A DNA stretch of 63,998 nucleotides, filler included, from Basidiobolus ranarum (lineage: Eukaryota), in the NCBI GenBank assembly GCA_040143965.1. It is 3 parts of 3 records of this genome, joined end to end, with 100 filler letters (N's around TTAATTAATTAA, not from the genome) between each part and the next. Parts side by side here need not be neighbours in the genome. Positions count along the whole stretch, not along the records: positions 1 to 22,244 come from JASJQH010007065.1; positions 22,345 to 44,553 come from JASJQH010007066.1; 1 more part is not named here. The stretch is one strand, 5' to 3'. A program made the position numbers and the translations under genes. A model generated the notes under the pieces. The model ran no database searches. It was not told the origin of the DNA and saw only the letters and a list, made by a program, of their open reading frames with translations. Shown piece after piece: positions 12,094-25,310 of the stretch (the stretch's first letter is position 1; every line of letters starts with the position of its first letter).

Positions 12094-15000
12094 TGCTTTT
12101 ATTTATTTTCTTTAACTTTGGTGGAAAGTAATGACAAGAAGTTGGTAAAAAAGAGTAATGGATTTAATCGACTCCAATGGTCAATGGGCATATGTTATAT
12201 ACACTTTGTAAGCAACCACATTTTTCAATTGGACGAGAGCTGAGAACCAAAGCCTACAGCAAGATTGATGACGACATTATTTAATATAGATTGGTGAATA
12301 TCGAACTGTATATTTTACAACAATCGATCAACCCCCAGTGAACTGTATGGAGGAATGAATAATTCGATTTGCGTTGTGCAATGGGAACCAAGACCAGCCA
12401 ATGATGCGAGGCCTACCTCCTATCCATCATTTAACTTTAAATGGATCAATCGAAGTTGCCGATCATCCCAAACTTGATATATATATTCATACTCTACTAG
12501 ATGCCATTTTGCCTAACAGAATCGGCGACCGCATGATATGAGCCCTTAGATAGCACCTCCGATTGTGTTGTTCGATGAGTAAGCGGCAGCGCTAATGAAA
12601 ATAATCTAGTGCCATTCTCTTACTAGCCTCTACTATCCATGGAATGCTGTTTACTCAGTGGAGAGGCAGTGGTTAGACGCATATCAAACAAGTGACTCCA
12701 AAAACATAGATTAGGATTTGCTTAACAGGTCTGCTTTTTGATTGCATCAAGTTTGTAGCTGATCGATGCAGTAGTATCTTAATCGGGACGGCAAATGAAA
12801 GATATGTCTAAATTTGGCTAGTAGTACATACAAACTAGCTCAAAAATATGAAAGGCTTGTGCCGACCCTTTAGCCCAGAAGAGCTTTGTGCGTGTAGAAA
12901 AAGTCGCATGGAGGGAAGAGAATTTTCAAGCAGGAAAATCTATTCTCCGTTGATATTTTTAATGTAACAAAGAGTACATATAAACCAACCACAGCGACTG
13001 AAAAGCTATTTTCGATTGATCTGCCGTCGAGAACGATGTTCGGAATACAAGATTCCCTGTGAATAATATTCATGCTTGAATCTTTGCTCGATTTTGATGA
13101 TCTTTAGCTGGTGATCGATCGAGAGCATAGTGCTCAGACGTTTCAAGCGATATTGATAATTCTTTTCAATCTCCTGCTTTCAATCTTTCAATCGTCAGGC
13201 ATAGGGGAAGTTAGCATTGGCTTGTTCCATGCCATACACAAGTCGAGATTCTAAATTAATGTATTCGCTTCACACTGCGATAGCCTCCTTATGAATCTAA
13301 TGTAACTAAAGCGAGTGAAAGTCGCAATTCTCAACTACATTTTATATTAAACTTTGAATCAGTTTCAAATATTAGCTGACTCTATTGAGACTTGGACGAT
13401 TGGCAATACTGTCTAGCTCTAAACGATTGTTTGGCAATACTACATACCCAATAGCCACGCTTAGATATCTACAATATGATGGTTGTTCATGAAATCAGAG
13501 ATAGCCGGGTTGGAAATCGGTTGGTAATATATGCATATATATTGCATTGAAATTGCTTCTCAAAACCCCTCTGAAAGCCACATTCAAGGCAGAGAGTAGT
13601 ATATACAAGCACCCTAGAACCAGAAATAAAGCATTATTAGGTACCACATATATCCAGGGCACATCAGCAATCTAGTTATATTCAAATACATTGAACACCG
13701 AGTTTGTTTTGTACAAGGTTCAATGATTGGACAATATATACACTTAATTCATGCAAGTTGACAAGCGGCGAGTTGATGATATAGTCATCAGTTGAATTCT
13801 TTAGGAATGCAGTTGTGTCGATTGAACAGTATTAGGAGGAGTTTAATGAGGATAAAAAATAGCAATTTATGAAGTGATAAAAGGGGGAGGGTGCACCATG
13901 CTACAGACCATGAACTTTAAACCCGCCTAAGGACTTAGGGAGTGTCCTAAACATATCTAATCAGTACATGTTTTTTAGGGAGTAAGCATTGATCTCTTTT
14001 ATCATATCAACAAAAGCATTTCCAAACATTGTCAGTGTATTTGTGTACCAAAATGGAGTAGTTGAGTGTGAACTCATGCACTCTCTGTGGTTTAAGAATG
14101 AAGGGTTATTTTGAAGCAGTGATGTTGCTGAGATAATGATTGATTTTAATAGCTTGGTAGGCTAGTGGTCAGCAACTAGGGTTGTGTTACCTTTGAGATA
14201 TCCACCTAAGATGGGCTACACAGATGCATTAAGATAGACAAGAGAATATGTAGACGAAATATGTAACAACTATGATGCCTCAAGTCATAGATTGCATAAT
14301 GCTATTACAGTGATATGTGGTTGGGATGATACAAATGTAGCTAAAGCTCTACAGATCAATCTTCACTCTTTTGAATCAGTGAAATATAAAGCTGAGAACA
14401 CACATTATGAAGTTATTCAGGCAGGGTATAGATTGCAAAATGATTTAAAATTAACTGCACTTGTATCTGACATTATCATCCATCATTCAGAATATCATAA
14501 AGTGCTTCACCTCATGTAAACTTTGGCCTCTCCAAACTAAGAATCTGATGTAATTCTCACCAATTCTTTCAACATCTTTGGGAGAGACAAGAGAAGCAAG
14601 ATATAGACAGCCCCAGCGAGGGAGGTGGGTGAATTAAATGGCCACCATGGCTCTGATACCTTCGAAGAGGCCCAGATCATATATTAGCACTCCATAACGG
14701 CAAATAGCGGTCTTCTTCAAACAGTGGACCGAAGCCATGGCAGAAAATCCTGTAAGAAGTTATCTGACTTCTGAAATGTATTCTCCCCATCTATAGGCCG
14801 GATGGTATGCCGAGCTCTACTTATGGCAATCAGCCTGGAGGCACCTACCGAGCTTATAACACATATATGTATATTCTTGGGCTTATGAAAAGAAAGGATC
14901 ATGACACTGGAATGACCATCTTGTGTGGCTTATGATAGGTATCCGTATCATCTCAATTAACAATAATGGATATTGTAGTTAAACCATTCCTTGGGACTCT

Positions 15001-15610
15001 TGTCCAACTGTGATACGATCAAGATAGCTAACATCTACTTGTTGGTTAGCGCTAACCAATCACTGAAATCAGCATAGCCTTAAGGAGGTTTTTCGTAAGA
15101 TTATCCAATATATCTTCGGCACATTAGTATCAGGCATCAGTAGTGATAGTCATTCAGCAAGGCGCTTCAGAGCTCGCCCTGTTCAATTTAAGGTAAGAGC
15201 CAAGGATAGGTATGAGATGGCGTGTATTGACGGGGATTCCAAGTGCCATATTTGCCAGTTTCTATTTAAGGGTCGATTTATGATCGGACAATTTTGGAAA
15301 GTCGATAATCTATTGCTCCACATTAGTAAAATGAGCGCATAAATTTCTAATACAACCAACATTAAAAGAGAATGAGTTTGATTAGCCATGTCTCCTACCT
15401 TCCATGAATGGAAAGCAATATAGCTTGAGCTCGATTGCATAGATGACTAATCTTATGGGAATCATTATTCGCTGTGTTACCCATACATTGGAGTTTCTAG
15501 ACCGATCTGGTTGGTTTAAGTGGCAAGGACTCAGCTTATATAAGTATATTCACAAACGTTGGGTGACTGGTTTTGCATTTCATAATTTCTTTCGCACTGT
15601 AATTTTATCA

Positions 15611-17113
15611 ATGAATACTGAATCTCTTGGCTCTTTGCTGGAGCATGCCATAGACCTAGAAGGTATAAAATTTCACTCCCTTATGCTCTCATCACTCTTG
15701 CTTAATCATTATTTATGTAGAAATTGATGTCAACACGTATAGAAGTAAATCACAATACCTTCCTCCAGGTGCCCGAGCAGTTTTTGGTAAATAACAGTGG
15801 GCTTGGTTGATTTTCGAATGTACTTAGCAAATGTGTGTTTAGGTGGTCAGGTAGTGGGTCAAGCCCTTGCAGCCTCTTCCAAGACTGTGCCCAAAAACTA
15901 TCAGATCCATGTGAGTAGTTGTTTTCTAATGTGGTTTTTATTGAAGAAACCATTACTAAGGTCATATTCAGTCTTTGCATTCCTATTTCCTCCTAGGAGG
16001 CATAGATTCAGTTCCCATTGTATACAATGTTGAGCGTATCCGAGATGGTAACTCAATGGCGTTTCTTAATCAGATCAACTTTAGAGTTAAATCTTGGTAT
16101 CCTCCGTAGGAAGAAGTTATGTCACCCGAAGGGTTATTGCTAAGCAAAAAGGAAGACGGATATTCACCTGCACTTGTAGCTACCAGACTCAGGAGAATTC
16201 ATTGTTGGTCCATCAGGTAAGCAATTTCCAAGAAATCAAATCCGAAACATTCATTTATTTTGATTTCCAGTATTTGATGCCTGTAGTACCTGAACCAGAA
16301 AGCTTGATAAGGTAGGAAAAACTTACTCTCTCTCGCAGAAGTATTAAATCTGATAGGTTAAAATAGTTTAGATAAGTTGTATAAACAATGGCTTAGTAAC
16401 CCGGAGATTTCTTCAGAGTATCGTCGTTTCTTGGAAAGAAAATTGGAATTGGTAAAGGATTTAAGGCTATATTTACTAAAGTTGCCATCTAAGTATTCGC
16501 GGTATAATAGCCTTTTAGAGTGGATGTTCGTCGTTTTGAGGCTATGCATCCGTTTGATGTATGGAGTCCATCCAAACAGGAGCCAATTCAGGTATAGTCC
16601 TAAGGAGCCCATAGTATTCGAAAATGAGCTAATTTAACGTTAAATAACTAGAGAATGTGGATGCGAGCAGAAGGGGAAATCTCCAAGGATTTAGCCGTTC
16701 ATCAATCTATTGCCGCCTACTGCTCTGATTATTTCTTGTTGTTCACTGCATTGATGCCACACGGTATCAACCCTTTCACCAACCCTCGCCTAGCGATGAT
16801 TGCTTCCTTGGATCATGCAATGTGGTTTCATGAACCTTTCAGAGCGGATGAGTGGCTGCTGTATGAGCTTGAGGTAAAGTTTTGGTTTCCTTTGACACGT
16901 TTCATCTGCTTCAGATAAGAACTATTTCGCGTAATTGTATAGAGTCCACGTTCTGTAGGAGGAAGGGGACTTGCCTATGGAAGAATATTCACTAAGGATG
17001 GTAGATTAGTAGTATCCTTTGCCCAAGAAGGCCTAATAAGAATGTCCAAGAATGATACCACACCAGCTACCATAGAGGAAGTCCAGGCCGCAACTTACAA
17101 GCCTAGACTTTAG
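15611..17113 (+). CDS. TES1: Acyl-CoA thioesterase II (TesB/Tes1 family), probably peroxisomal; multi-exon
   Basis: Exons give LEEIDVNTYRS, VFGGQVVGQAL, GRSYVTRRVIAKQKG, AYCSDYFLL, MIASLDHAMWFH, DEWLLYELESPRS.GGRGL, QEGLIR. C-terminus YKPRL-stop is PTS1-like. Confidence 0.9.
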
Positions 17114-18252
17114 TAAAGACCTCGACGTAGATTCGAGATTGAGTAGTGTTAATATCTGGCACTTCACAGATTTATATTTCCTGTAGCCATAAGCGTGCTA
17201 AATAAATGCGTAGCATCCTAGGTTTCAATCTTGTGCCATGCAATCAAGTTTCCAAAAAACAGTCAGCGACAAAGAAGTCTACTTGATCTCTCAAAGTGTG
17301 AGCTGCTCATTATGAAGTGAATTTGACATGCTTTACTTGTTGACTTCATATCGAACGATCAGGTTCTGATGACACATAAACCAGTATCGCATGAAATACA
17401 ACAGACACACCTTTATGAAATTTTAATTTTTGATATACAACTGCCTCAAAGTAGTATGTTTGAAGGTACAAATAAAGACTAGTCATAACTAATGTTTCAT
17501 TTGCAGTTCCCGAACATTCTCGTCTTTTATAAGATCACGGAATGCACCTCTATGCTCATAATCTACTAGTACTGATTGTCGTTAAATTGCTGTGCAACTC
17601 CAGGGTGGTGCGGGCGATTGGTTGAAAAATCCAAGTGCTGAAGTCAGGCTCGCGGGTTCCCATGCTCAAAATCTCGACCTTGGCTTGATATATTCCATGG
17701 CAGTCCGAGGAATCCACTGAGCATGCTCATTGGCCACGACTGATTAATTTTGGATAGGGAGTTCTTGTGGGGGGTACTGGTAATCACATTTTGCTCCCTC
17801 TCTGCTGTTAAATCGAGGGCTAGTCGGTGGCATCCCAAAGGCACAGAGTAGCACCATGTGCACAAAATCTACTCCGAAAAGAATTCATTTCATATAGAAA
17901 GCTGAAGTAATGAGCTGCATTATTCATTGTTGTTTCACTTTCATATAAACAAGAATCTTCACTATTTGGCTCTAATGGGGAAGGCAAATCAAGGAGCAGA
18001 GCGAACTAGTTTTTAGATTGAGGAGGCCATACGAGAGCGCTGACGAACGGATATAAGCTAGCCTACAAAATCGGACCCAGGACTTGCCATTTTCAAATCA
18101 AATTTACCAGCCGTAATTTCGTGTAACTTGGACTTCGCTTTCCGGTATCGTTTCAGTATTTTATAAAAACCACCAATCCTCTTCTTCTCCCAATACAATT
18201 CAGCCTTTGTTTCCTTTGTGAACTCCAATTTAGCCTTGAATCTTCAATCAAA

Positions 18253-18474
18253 ATGAAAGCCTCGATCAGCCTCGTATTCCTCTTCTCATTCTTGCTCACC
18301 CAAACATACTCGCTACCCACTTCTGATGAGGTTCAGATTATTAAACGAGGCGAGAATTCCTACCAGGACTGTGTTGACAAGTACGGAGACGGCAGCTTCC
18401 GTTACGGCTGCAATACTTGTATTTGCTTAAGAGGTGGAGGCTACAAGTGCACTCGTGTTGGATGTGGTTATTAA
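18253..18474 (+). CDS. Secreted 6-Cys prepropeptide with pacifastin-like serine protease inhibitor motif
   Basis: Signal peptide, short pro-region ending in KR, 41-aa mature peptide with C-X12-CNTCIC-X2-G-X4-CTRVGC. TATAAAA near 18162 and AAAATG start context. Confidence 0.85.
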   Translation: MKASISLVFLFSFLLTQTYSLPTSDEVQIIKRGENSYQDCVDKYGDGSFRYGCNTCICLRGGGYKCTRVGCGY

Positions 18475-18868
18475 GCGTCAAATAATTGCCCAGCTTAGCG
18501 CAGATTTTGTGTCTTCTAGTGGCTTGATGCTTCAAGATGATAATTTATGCCACACTGGGCATGTCTATGCTACCTCTATTTTAACAACTTGAATCCCACA
18601 TTGATTTTGGAGCCGATCATCTTCTTTGTTTCATTGATTCAATCATCGCCTTAATAAAGGGTCTTGTTTTCCTCTCAAATGAACTGATCATGCTTGTCTT
18701 AGAAGATTTTGTTATCGAGTGTAGCCTTAGAGTTAGTTTATACCGTTCATGAGGAACCAAATTCACTTAGTCAGTTTCTTTCTTTAATATAGTAGGTTAC
18801 ACACGCTAATACATCAAATAGACGATACATTCATCGCTTTATGAGAATATATGGGGAATGGCTCTAGA

Positions 18869-20018
18869 TCATTTGGGTTTTCCCAACTGGGAGGCCACTT
18901 GGGTGGCTTCTTGAATCGTTCTGGCTAAAGTGGAGCGAATTTTACCATCCTCCATGGTCAACAAGCCAGCGATGGTGCATCCACCAGGAGTGGTGACACT
19001 ATCCTTGATAGCAGCTGGATGTGCTCCTGTCGTTAGGACCATGCTGGCAGCTCCATGAATAGCTAAATTTGAAAATTCTCTATTTAATAAAGACTCTTCC
19101 CTCTCATCAAAATCAACAACTACCTTGTGCAGCCAATTCTAAAGCTACATCACGTGGAAGGCCCATCATAACTCCTCCATCAGCCAACGCCTCCAGTACC
19201 ACGCTACAAGAACAAACGGAGAATAAGCGTTAGTTCAGTGATTCTTGGTAATTAATCATATGAACAAGCTCGTATATTACCAAGCAAAGGCAGGACCACT
19301 ACCACTCAAACTAGTAACCGCGTCGAAATGCTTTTCATCCATGAAGCGACAGCGACCCAGTGGTGAAAATAATCCCAATGCTAGATCGCGATGCTCATGA
19401 GAAGTATTAGGTAAACATCCTAGTACAGTCATTCCTTCTCTTATCTGTCATTCAAGATTATCCATTCTCTTCAGTTAGTTATACTAGCAAGAAAAGATCA
19501 GTGAGCTGTATAGGGAATTTGTGATATACTTACTTTACAAGGTGTATTGGGCATAGCGCGAATTACCACTGTAGAATCAGGTGTCCAATCCTGTAGTTGC
19601 GATAGGGTTATACCTGCACAGATACTTATCAAAATTTTATCTTTTAATTGTTCATAAACTTTTTCATCTTGTAAAACGAGTTTGGCCATTTGAGGTTTAG
19701 TACTAAAGAATGCGGAAATAATTTGATCAGAAAAATATAAATTTGTGGAAAGAGGTCTTCAAATCTCTCACTCTAAGATATCCCTCCTTACCATAATAAA
19801 ACCACGTTGGAAGCACCAATACCACTTGCGTTATCTCCTACAACGACATTTACTTGGTCTCCGTATAGGTTTCTTAGGCGTTTTCCAGAATCCTCACTCG
19901 ATACACAAGCAGTAATATGGCCCAAGTTGGTTTTACTTTCAAGGGAACCGGATATAATGGCAATACCCATCGTACCACATCCTAATACACAGATAGAGAC
20001 GGGTTCTTTGCTATTCAT
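18869..20018 (-). CDS. PRO3: Pyrroline-5-carboxylate reductase; multi-exon
   Basis: GCGTMG Rossmann motif, LISICAG, RAMPNTP, FDAVTSLSGSGPAF, HPAAIKDSVTTPGGCTIAGL. Stop TGA at 18869-18871. Confidence 0.95.
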
Positions 20019-20992
20019 GTTATTTGTGGTCTAAGTGATTTGAGTAAAGTTCATTTTTTCTAACCTGAGGTATTATAAATGAATCTGGGTGGCTGAGTGA
20101 GATACTTTTTTCCATTTTAAAATTGTCGAATTTTGTCAATGCGATGTTCAAGTATTACGAAATTCTGTCAACAGTGCATATAAATTCCATCTGATATAAA
20201 AAGCGTGAGAATTCATTATACTGGATGCTATTTGTTTATAAGTGGATTATATTGCGGAAGTGAGTATATATGGTCATTCGATATTCTCATTATGTTATTC
20301 CATGATTTAGTGCGATTCGCATTCTTTGATTTTTGGTAGTAACATTGTAGATAATTCCTTTATTCTTTAAATACTTCACTAAGTCCTACTTGGTTTTACT
20401 TTACTGTCACACATCTCGATAACCAGCTATGAGGCAAATAATAGAATGGAGATTATTCTCAGGCTAAGGGAATTGAATACCTATATTTGAATATAGAGCT
20501 CAGTACAGAGATATTATATTTGTATGTGCATATCAAGTAACATATATTACGCGAATGCTCATTTGGCAAGCCATCTAGTGTGATAAGATTAAAACAACTT
20601 GGCGATGCTAAACATCAAGGAAAATGCTGAGAAAAAGATAGCATAAGCTTTTAGACCTTTTTATGTGACATGATTATCTTACAATACCTCTATTATGAGA
20701 TCATAAATTGGCGTGAAGAGTTTCGAGAATTAAATCCAAGGAAGGTTTGGAAACTATTCTGTAAATGATTGAAAGTAATCAATAGATGAATATGAATGAT
20801 ATGTTTGGCTTAAAACAACTCTAAGACTACGCAAAATTTTCTTGGGCATGGTCTGGCAGATTTCAAAACTACAAGTTGGATTGTAAATTTTCTCATCTAT
20901 TTGCACTAAAGTTGGTGAGCTTCTTTCGGTTGTCAAAATATGTACTTTGTGAAGGACTGTTTTACTAATAGAGGTACCATGAACTTGTAGAA

Positions 20993-21461
20993 TGATGAAG
21001 TATTTTGGGAGCTGTTGGAAGTGTTTTCGAAAACTAGAAGAATTAGTGAATATCACCCAATGCTTTATTGGGCGGAAGTTGACATTTATACCTTTGTGAA
21101 GGCGTAGATAAACTAACTGTTGAAGTCTTTTGGGAGTGGTTTGATATAATTTGGATAACTAGACAAATTGGTAGTCTTCACTTTTTGATTGGTAGAGTGA
21201 AAAGTTGACATTTATAGTTTTAACAAGGGTTATCAAACATGTAGAATGTGTTACGAAGGTCCCAGGAGCATGTGTAAAGTTTAAGGCCTCTAGGACAAAT
21301 CTGAAAAATCTGTGCATATGAGAACTTCAAAGTTGGAGGAAACACTTTACCTATGTTTCAACTGAGAACTGTAGGTAAAGATGTAGTGAAGTACAAAGCA
21401 ATTAAAAGCTAAGCTATATATGAATGTACATACATATGTTTATGTTAGATTGGCATCAACA
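20993..21461 (-). mobile_element. Two abutting diverged LTR-family copies (partial 20993-21117, full-length 21118-21461)
   Basis: Both contain the family blocks TGxTGAAGTxTTTTGGGAG and AAGTTGACATTTATA. The second continues through GGTCCCAGGAGCATGTGT and CTAAGCTATATATGA to TCAACA. Confidence 0.6.
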
Positions 21462-22244
21462 GTTTCACAATGTCAAGCATATCTATTTATACCTACATAG
21501 AAAATAAACAATGATAACAATAGGGATATAGTCCTAGGATGTTATGGAAGCTATGGTAAAGATCTAGGGAACTTTGGAGAAGTTTAAGAGTTTTTGTCAT
21601 TTTGAGTGTTGTCATCATCTGTTAAACAAATGTTTTGACTAATAACATAATAACTATGCTCAACATGATATACAAGATATTAGGTTCTCATATCTTAATA
21701 CTGCAAGAAATGCCTTGTTTCCATACTCCAAAGGTGTTGCTTTATAATGATCTGTAACCCAACTCTTGTTCCTCAATCTTGCATCCATTACACTGTTGAA
21801 CATGACAAAAAGTAATCTTCTATCTAGTTCCATAGTAAATCAAAACACCTTCTTCTCACTTGTCTTACAGCAATCCTTGCAGGATATAACCCTAACAGAA
21901 ATTTGAGGATTGTTATTGTAGGAAAACCATCAAAATTTTAATCCATTTGGGATTGACTGTTTACTTACTGTCATAAAATCATCAAGTTAGATTTGATTTT
22001 GATCAATTTTTTCAGTTTCAGGAGTGAAATTTCAAGATCTTGCAAAATAGTTGCACATGATTGGCTACAATCTCAGAGAACTATGGATTGACACATGTGC
22101 AAAAAATGTAACTCAAATTTTACACAATTACTTCTTGAATGCTAATTTGTCATCTTTGAAATCCCTAGTCTCTTTGATATATTCTCCTGAATATTTTTAT
22201 AGAGTTCTTCATACCCAAGGTTTAGCTCATACCCAACACAAGTT

Positions 22245-22344
22245 NNNNNNNNNNNNNNNNNNNNNNNNNNNNNNNNNNNNNNNNNNNNTTAATTAATTAA
22301 NNNNNNNNNNNNNNNNNNNNNNNNNNNNNNNNNNNNNNNNNNNN
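22245..22344. other. Assembly spacer (N44-TTAATTAATTAA-N44)
   Basis: N runs around a linker with stops in all six frames; identical to 44554-44653. Confidence 0.97.
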
Positions 22345-23979
22345 CTTCTATGAATGCATCTCTAGAGAATAATTGAATGGACAATCACTGGGAAAACGCT
22401 CACCTATTTATACGGATTAGAGGAAGCATTTCCTAATGCAAAAAAGTTAACATTCTAACCAATACTCCCCCCTCACCCATTATAGTTACTCTCCTTAAGA
22501 AATCACCAGGTCTTGAAGATCAGCCTATAAACAAATATACAAACGATGTTATTGATTATTGTTGAATATAATCCAAAATCCCAAACGTTAAATGGATGGA
22601 ATTTTCCACAGGAATTATGCCTGTCTTCAGACTGGTTCAAAATTTAGAACTGTAGATAGTCTCAAATTCAGATTATGTATGGCAAGTGTTGTTGCATCAT
22701 ATAGATTCCGAAAACAGACATTCCAATTTTCGGCTCATTCTAGAGTATTTCCAATATCGTCGTTTGTTTGGAAAGGTAATAAATTTGAAGGGAAGTGTCT
22801 AGACCAATGATGTATTAGTCACCCCTTTAGATCATTTTAACTAATAATATTGCTCTTAATAGAGCAAGAAGGCACTTGATTTTTGCACAGTTAATTCGAA
22901 TGCAAATATTATGAATGTACAAGGATCATGCCTATTCGGCCTCTACAGTAGAGAACCAACTTCTAAGAATACTAGCGATATAGTTCTTTTCTAATGTTGG
23001 CAACGGCTACGTGACCAGGATGCCTTTAAGATATATCCTAGTTTTTTTCATGACGTTTTTGGCGTTTTCTACATAGGTTTCATATATAATAATTCACAGT
23101 AAATCCTTCGATCATATCCAAACTTGAATGGGTATGACAACCCGAAGAACAGGTGCCTAGCCAAGGTTGGTAATTGAGAAGTACCGGACCATGAGACGTT
23201 GCTATCGTTGCTGCGTATAGCATCATGACTACCTTAAACTAGAGTGGAGTCGATGGGAAAGTCATCTTATCTGGAATTGACTCTGCTCACACTTCCCATC
23301 ACACATATATCAGCAGCAATGGCAGAATGCAGATCATGAAGATTACTGATGATTTTCTAGGCTTCAAGCGGTTATTAGAAATCGATAAATATTTTAAGTG
23401 GACCCTGACAGTCATTGCTCAGAAAGCTCTCTAAATAGTAATATGAATAATGATACTTCCATCATAATGCTAATTGATTAGGTAGAAACGGTGGTTCCTG
23501 CAATCAAATCCCGATTTCACTTCTTGCGATTATTGGAAGGAAGATTTTCATTATGTATGGAGCATAAAGCCCATGTGGATAGTAACAAGGTATGAGCCCA
23601 TGTTGGCCCATTTGTGCTAAGATACAATATGATGGAGAGCATCAGCGATCTTTATTATCTTAGTCTGTAGACAATTCTTTTGTACTTCATCCATATACAT
23701 CCACTAAACGCATGTTAATAGCAACAAACGAGCCAATACGAAGAAATATGACTAGTAGAATGCGAAGAAGCAGGCAAGGAAGTAGTAATTTCTTTACGAA
23801 GGTATTGGATACTATACACAAATGAATGACATGATAACAGAAAAGAATAAGTGTTGATCGTTCTCGGTAAAAATGTCAATAAAGCAATGCGCTCAAAGAG
23901 AGCTGAAAACAATTTACAAAATTAAAAGTACATTAAGATCATATTGACCCTCGTATACTCTCTAAAACTATCAAGATTC

Positions 23980-25310
23980 CTAGTTTGTGAGAAGTCCAGT
24001 TCTGTGGCTGGTTAGGCGAAGAAACTCTTCATAGACTACCCATGTGATGGCAGAGCTGAGAGGCTTTCGCATTAAACGAATGACTAAACCCTTGAAAAGT
24101 CCCGAGATTTTTTCTTCCTATAGTGAATACGGAAATAAAATAAATCGAATGTTAAGCAAGACTTTGATGTGATTAATGTTAAGATGCTCTGTTGTTACTT
24201 GAAGTATTTTGACGGTGGATTGGAAGGAGTTGCGGTACTCCGAGGGTTGGAGTTGCATTCGAGTTTTCAATACATCGAATGGATGTGTTAAAGTGGTAGC
24301 AGTGATTCCGGCAAAGATACCGGAAACACCATTGACTAATTGAACGGGTGCATTACAGTTTTTGCTAGAGTTGAGGGCTATAAAAATCAATGAATAAATG
24401 CTTACGACCGTAGAGAGAGCCACGACTCGAGTAGATAAATGGTCTTACCTAATAGTGAGACTTTAAATTGTTCGTATGCTGCCACATAGATACCGGCAAG
24501 TGGGGCATCTCTCATAGCAGTGGCACCATAACCAACAAAGAAACCTAAAGGATGGTAATTAATTATCATGTCCAAGATACTCAACCTTCGCAAAGATCTT
24601 CGCTACCTCTTAGTCCGTGATTTTTAAAAGTAGAAACGATTGCTTCTCGGATATTCTTGTATTGGTATATATCGCTCTAAAATTTCAGTGTTACTCTCAA
24701 GTTGATGGTAAATATATAGGCAAACGAACGGAGACATACTTCATATCTAACTTTGATTAAAGTAATTGGCATTGCTAAGAATCCAGTAAAGGCTCTGGCT
24801 GAGGCACCCGATAATAGGTTGGCAGCACCTTTCGAGGCATTTTCGGACTTGCCCGTTAACTTAGGTAGAGCTTTATGGTAAAACTCACGCCAATGACTCA
24901 ACATCATAAAATAAAGGCCATTTCCAGGCACATTTCTAAACTTGCCAAATGAGTTGTCAGTAAAGGAAAAACGATCAGTGAAGTCTTATTCAAAATTACC
25001 TAAAAATTGTAGGTACTGTGCCTCTCCACAGGCCTGGGACTCCGTCTTTAAGTAAAATTTGCTTTACCGTTCCGAATAAAGTGCTAAAACAAAGCAATGA
25101 TGAATCCTGGGAGTGAAATTACTTCAGAGAGAAACAATGTTTCGCTTACCTATTATGTGAAGTACCGGGCTGCAGTAAGCTTTGGTGCTGTTGTTGCTGC
25201 TGCATTCTAGTTTTAAGTAAGTCTAATGGCTGAAGGAGAACGCACGAAAAAAGGCCAGAAGTAGCACCAGCAGCAAGATGCATTGAAGAGGAATGCTTGG
25301 ACGTATTCAT
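23980..25310 (-). CDS. HEM25: Mitochondrial glycine carrier (Hem25/SLC25A38 family); multi-exon
   Basis: Three carrier repeats: [33 protein letters not shown]. Also [18 protein letters not shown] and [12 protein letters not shown]. Confidence 0.88.

Noticed and set aside
13760-14560. CpG-poor stretch with ORF 14292-14519, possible transposon relic
   Set aside because: No recognisable domain or termini; cannot be supported without a search.
22245-22344. TTAATTAATTAA palindrome within N runs (also 44554-44653)
   Set aside because: Artificial contig-joining linker with stops in all frames; not biological.
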